This document shows positions 60,000 through 64,000 of a DNA stretch of 64,000 nt, one piece after another. Position 1 is the first letter of the stretch; each line of letters opens with the position of its first letter. A model generated the notes under the pieces. That model did not search any database, was not told the DNA's origin, and worked only from the letters and a program-made list of their open reading frames with translations. Position numbers and translations under genes: made by a program. The DNA comes from the human T2T-CHM13v2.0 reference genome, Homo sapiens, in the NCBI RefSeq assembly GCF_009914755.1, contig NC_060928.1; one strand, given 5' to 3'.

Positions 60000-61600
60000 T
60001 TGATAAAAGTATGCATCTCCTTACTTGCCCCACCTCATTCCATCCCCTTTGTCCTCACCACAGTCACTCATCCCCACCAAATTTAACCACTATTCTGAAA
60101 TTTTCAATTATTCTTTTGCTTTTATGTATTTCTCTGTTTGATCACATATACTTATATTTGTCCTGATACATTTTCTTCTTCTTCTCTGGCAGCACTCTAT
60201 AGGTTAAAGTTGAGTAACTCTGGTTTGTTTGGGAGAGAGCATAGTTCACTAGGCATCGTCTTTGGAGACCACCTACCACCTTTGATATAACATGCTAGGA
60301 TGAAAATGAATTTTTTCCACTTCTTTGGAGATATTATGCCACTCTTTATTGCTGTTCTGAAGACTGCAGTGGATGCAATTTTCATAACTTTATGGGTGAT
60401 CTGCTTTATTTTGCCTGCTGCTTTCAAGATCTTTTCTTTGCACTTGGTGTTTTGCGTCTATGTATGATCTGTCTAGATACAAATTTTAAACTTTTTCTGA
60501 ATACAATATATTGTGCTTCCTGAATAAGTGGATGTATGCCTTTTCACATTTCTGAAAAGTTCTTATGTGCTTTCTAATCAAATGCTGGCACTTCTCCATT
60601 GTATGCACTCTGTCCTTCCGAGTTTCCACATAGATGTATATATGACCACCTCTTTTTAAATTCCGTATTGTTTACTTCCCTTCTGTTTTCCAGCTCCCTG
60701 TCTCTATGTGCCATATTCTGTGCAATTTATTCACATTCCAGTTTGAAATGGCAAAAATAACGCATACCTTAAAAATGTACTTTTAATCTATTATTTGAGT
60801 TTTGTTTTAGACAATTTTATTTTTTATTTCTTAAAGTTATATTTTCCCAGCTACTGGGGAGGCTGAGGTGGGAGCCCAGGAGATTGAGGCTGCAGTGAGC
60901 TGAGATCATGCCACTACACTCCAGCCTGGGTGACAGAGTGAGACCCTGTCTAAAAAAAAAGTTCTACTTGGCCCTTATTTAAATCTCCCTAATTATCTTT
61001 AGAGTTTCTTCCTGCCTTCTTATTTTTGGGATACTGTCCTTTATTAAACTTTTCATATATAGTTGTTTTCATCTTAAATCTGCTAAGTCTAACATCTGAA
61101 GTCTTTGGGCGTGTTTATATCTGTCATCCATGGTATTTAGCTTCTAATTTGTTTGAGAACTTTTGCTTGCAAGCATGCAGACGTGGGGTTTCTTCAGGCA
61201 TAATGGAGTTGCTTTCCTCAAGGTGGCATTTGTTCCTACCTCTGCTGAGAACCATCTGCTACTTACCTGGGGCTACATTAGCCTTCTTGAGAGTCTTGGT
61301 GAAGGTCTCAAGTTCACCTTTCCCACATGGCTGTGATCCCAAGGACTGACAGTGTCATGTTCTGCTCACTTGATTATTGCTTACAGTTTGATACTCCTGC
61401 ATCTACATTACAGGAAAGGTGTTTGCCATCTTAGTAATCCCCTCATTCCTGCCTGGTTGCTCCCTTAGCTGCAACCCTGACTTCACACATTTTATTTGGA
61501 GAGGGGTTTGGAAAATTTCAAAAGAATTTGTATCAAAAAATTCTTTTAAAAGTATGCAAGCCAAAAAAATACGTATCCAAAAGCACATTTATCAAGATCT
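60000..61600 (-). mobile_element. Old L1M/HAL1 fragments, antisense
   Basis: T-rich, with GCTGCTTTCAAGATCTTTTCTTTG and TTCTGAAAAGTTCTTATG. Confidence 0.55.
60845..60960 (+). mobile_element. 5'-truncated Alu right arm (J-like)
   Basis: TCCCAGCTACTGGGGAGGCTGAGGTGGGA..GAGGCTGCAGTGAGCTGAG..GAGACCCTGTCT followed by an A-tail. Confidence 0.9.
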
Positions 61601-63514
61601 CGCTGTTTTACACTAAAGATTATTCTAAATTTGTTATTCTAAATTTGTTATTTATAATTCTGGAATTTGTGTATTAAATTTATGATATTTTAGAGTCTAC
61701 CTAAGAAGGAAATGATAATTTTATAGATAATGAAATCACACATACTACATTTTCCTTTGTGCTTCTCAATGAGTGCTGTATTGTCAACGCAGGCAAATCT
61801 CATTTAATAGAGTAAAATTGTTTCAGTGAAACATTAAAGTAAATGCTTACTGAGAAAATAAGATTTGTTTCATGTGTTAAACTTGGAGGTAGTGTACTTA
61901 GAAGTATTTTTAATTCATAAATACTGTTTTCCTTAAGAAAATAAGATTCCCTGTGAATTGGAATGCCAAGTGAGAAATAATTTAGTTTTTAAATAAAAAA
62001 GAAACTATCCTTGAAAAATTCCCAATAGTGTCTATTTCCCAGTTAGAGAAACAAAATATTAAGGTGCATTGGAGCAGATTTTTTAATCTTGTGAAAAATC
62101 TTTTGAATATTGTTTATGAGGTACTTAGGCCATTTAACTGGGAAAGATGTAATTGTGCACTGTTAGGCTTGAGAAAATGCAGGCTGGAAGGTATATCTAT
62201 TGCTTTCCCTGCTAGACACCTTGTATTTTGGGAACTGTACTACAATTTCTGCAAATTGCCCTTTCTATCCATGCAGATGCAGTGGGAGCTTCTATGTTCA
62301 TTAATATCCCTACATTTAATTAAACACTTGACCTACAAGAGGCTGATCATAATTCCCTGATGCCTAATAAAAAGGGTAATTTTGGGAGTAGCTCATATCT
62401 TAGGATATAAAACTCCAGAGTTGTCGACAGCCGTGATTTCTGCTGCTGGAAAAAAAATGATCATTAATAGTACTAGATGAAAAAGGAAAGATGCAGAGAA
62501 GAGAAGTAATTAGATAAAGATGATGTTCCAATTTGAGACAGAGTTTTTATCTGACGCCCTCCACATTTGTCTGTTTGCCCCATTAACAATCAAGGATTAC
62601 TATAATTAATTCACTTATAACTAAGTAAAATGGATTTGGGTTTCTGTTACCTGTACCCCAAAGAGTCTTAGCCAATACATCTACTTATCTGTATACTCCT
62701 TGGTATATGAATCTGATCGTCCCTAGGAATACACAGGCAAATCTACAGAGTGAACAGAACCTTCTAAGATGAAAGAGATTGAAGTCATCACTCCCTTTTT
62801 TTTTTCCTGAGGTGCAACATTATTGAAACGTTTCTGTTGGGTTTAAGTGGATATTCTGCTGTCAGCTGGCAAGAAAACATAGCATAATAGAGAAAGAAAT
62901 TTGAATGGATGACTAAATTTCATCCTAGGATGACCTAGGCTCATTTTTGTCCAGAAACTGAATAAAATATAAGACAGTTCTAGCACTGTGAAAATTTCTT
63001 TGAAAAAATTACTGTGTGGGCATGTTGGGGGCCAGGGTGCGGGGGCCCACTAAGGTACAGCGTCATCGGGAGCTCAAGCTCAGGGTGGAATAACTGAACC
63101 ACGCATAGCGTAACAGTGGAGAGTTTTCTTGTTTTTCCTCACCTTAAAAACTATTGCCCGAATAGTGGCACATGTAGGTAAATACACCAAACGAGGGCAT
63201 TGCATCAGATCATGGGGGATCTTCCGTTTTCAATAGCAGTGAGGCAGCAACATCAGCAAAGCAAAAGAGAATGGGACCATACATGAAGACTGAGGACTAC
63301 TTAGATTATGTAGGGTTTTTTTCTCTGTACAATACTTGTAACTGTGACACCTTGAACTGGGTAAAGCTCCAAGGGTAGATGGACCTACAGTCAGAATGCA
63401 GTTACATCAGGAGAGAACGTTTCTCTCAGCTGTGTGGTAAGCACTCAGGTCATTTGAACTGATATCCAACAGTGATTACACCGATTACAAATGGTAAAAT
63501 TAAGGTACAGAGTT

Positions 63515-63607
63515 TGTCATAAAATATGTCAAATATTGACATAAATATGGCAATATTTATGACATAATATTAATGTAAATATGACGTTTTAAAATATGTC
63601 AAATATT
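63515..63607. repeat. AT-rich cluster of interlocking inverted and direct repeats
   Basis: Three 8-9 bp inverted pairs plus a 17-bp direct repeat (details in findings). Confidence 0.8.
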
Positions 63608-64000
63608 TCACCACTTTAAAGACAAATAACAATCCATGTAGAAATAAAAACTACCAGAAATTTATCAATATATTATAATATTTGACTTCAGGCAATGTGG
63701 CTATGTGGACTTTCTTCTTCCCTTTACTTTTCCATTTTAAATGAATTTTATGATCAACATGAATAACTTAAAGTGGGAAAATATTTGAAGTTTTTTGAAT
63801 ACAGCACACTATTTAAAATTAATACTTTAATGACTAAATTATACTTTTCTGAGAAAAAGTTAACCTCAAAACATTGGTGACATTCATGTTTAAATATCTA
63901 CGCATCATGAATATCACAAAGAAAATATCCTGAAAGTAAAATACAATATAGAATGAGAATTTTGATGGTTTGAATGCTTGTCAAATTCTGTATCATATAT

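Overview
Primate, almost certainly human, genomic DNA rich in Alu, L1, MIR, L2, MaLR and Tigger repeats. The right half holds the first five coding exons of DTHD1 (+ strand, 42741-56022). I recognised it from the translation (MDMEYMGSGK..., MHDECTPQQ...) and checked that the splice phases join into one frame. The CpG island at about 4770-5860 is most likely the promoter and non-coding first exon of the divergent neighbour ARAP2 (- strand); this rests on recalled 4p14 gene order, since no ARAP2 coding exon is in the window. Strong splice signals between the two genes suggest a spliced + strand lncRNA. I found no prokaryote-type system and no clearly new gene family. The most interesting signals are: (1) GC-type donors at the first exon of both divergent genes, each with a competing GT donor that changes the coding outcome; (2) possible use of DTHD1 exon 1 in two reading frames; (3) a PIDD1/ankyrin-like tandem ZU5 region that lacks the PIDD autocleavage motif; (4) a perfect 16-bp palindrome with a template-switch signature; (5) a degenerate 12-mer array grown from an LTR end; (6) a hAT transposase fossil; (7) two local duplications. 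Repeat subfamilies were assigned by eye and their boundaries are approximate.
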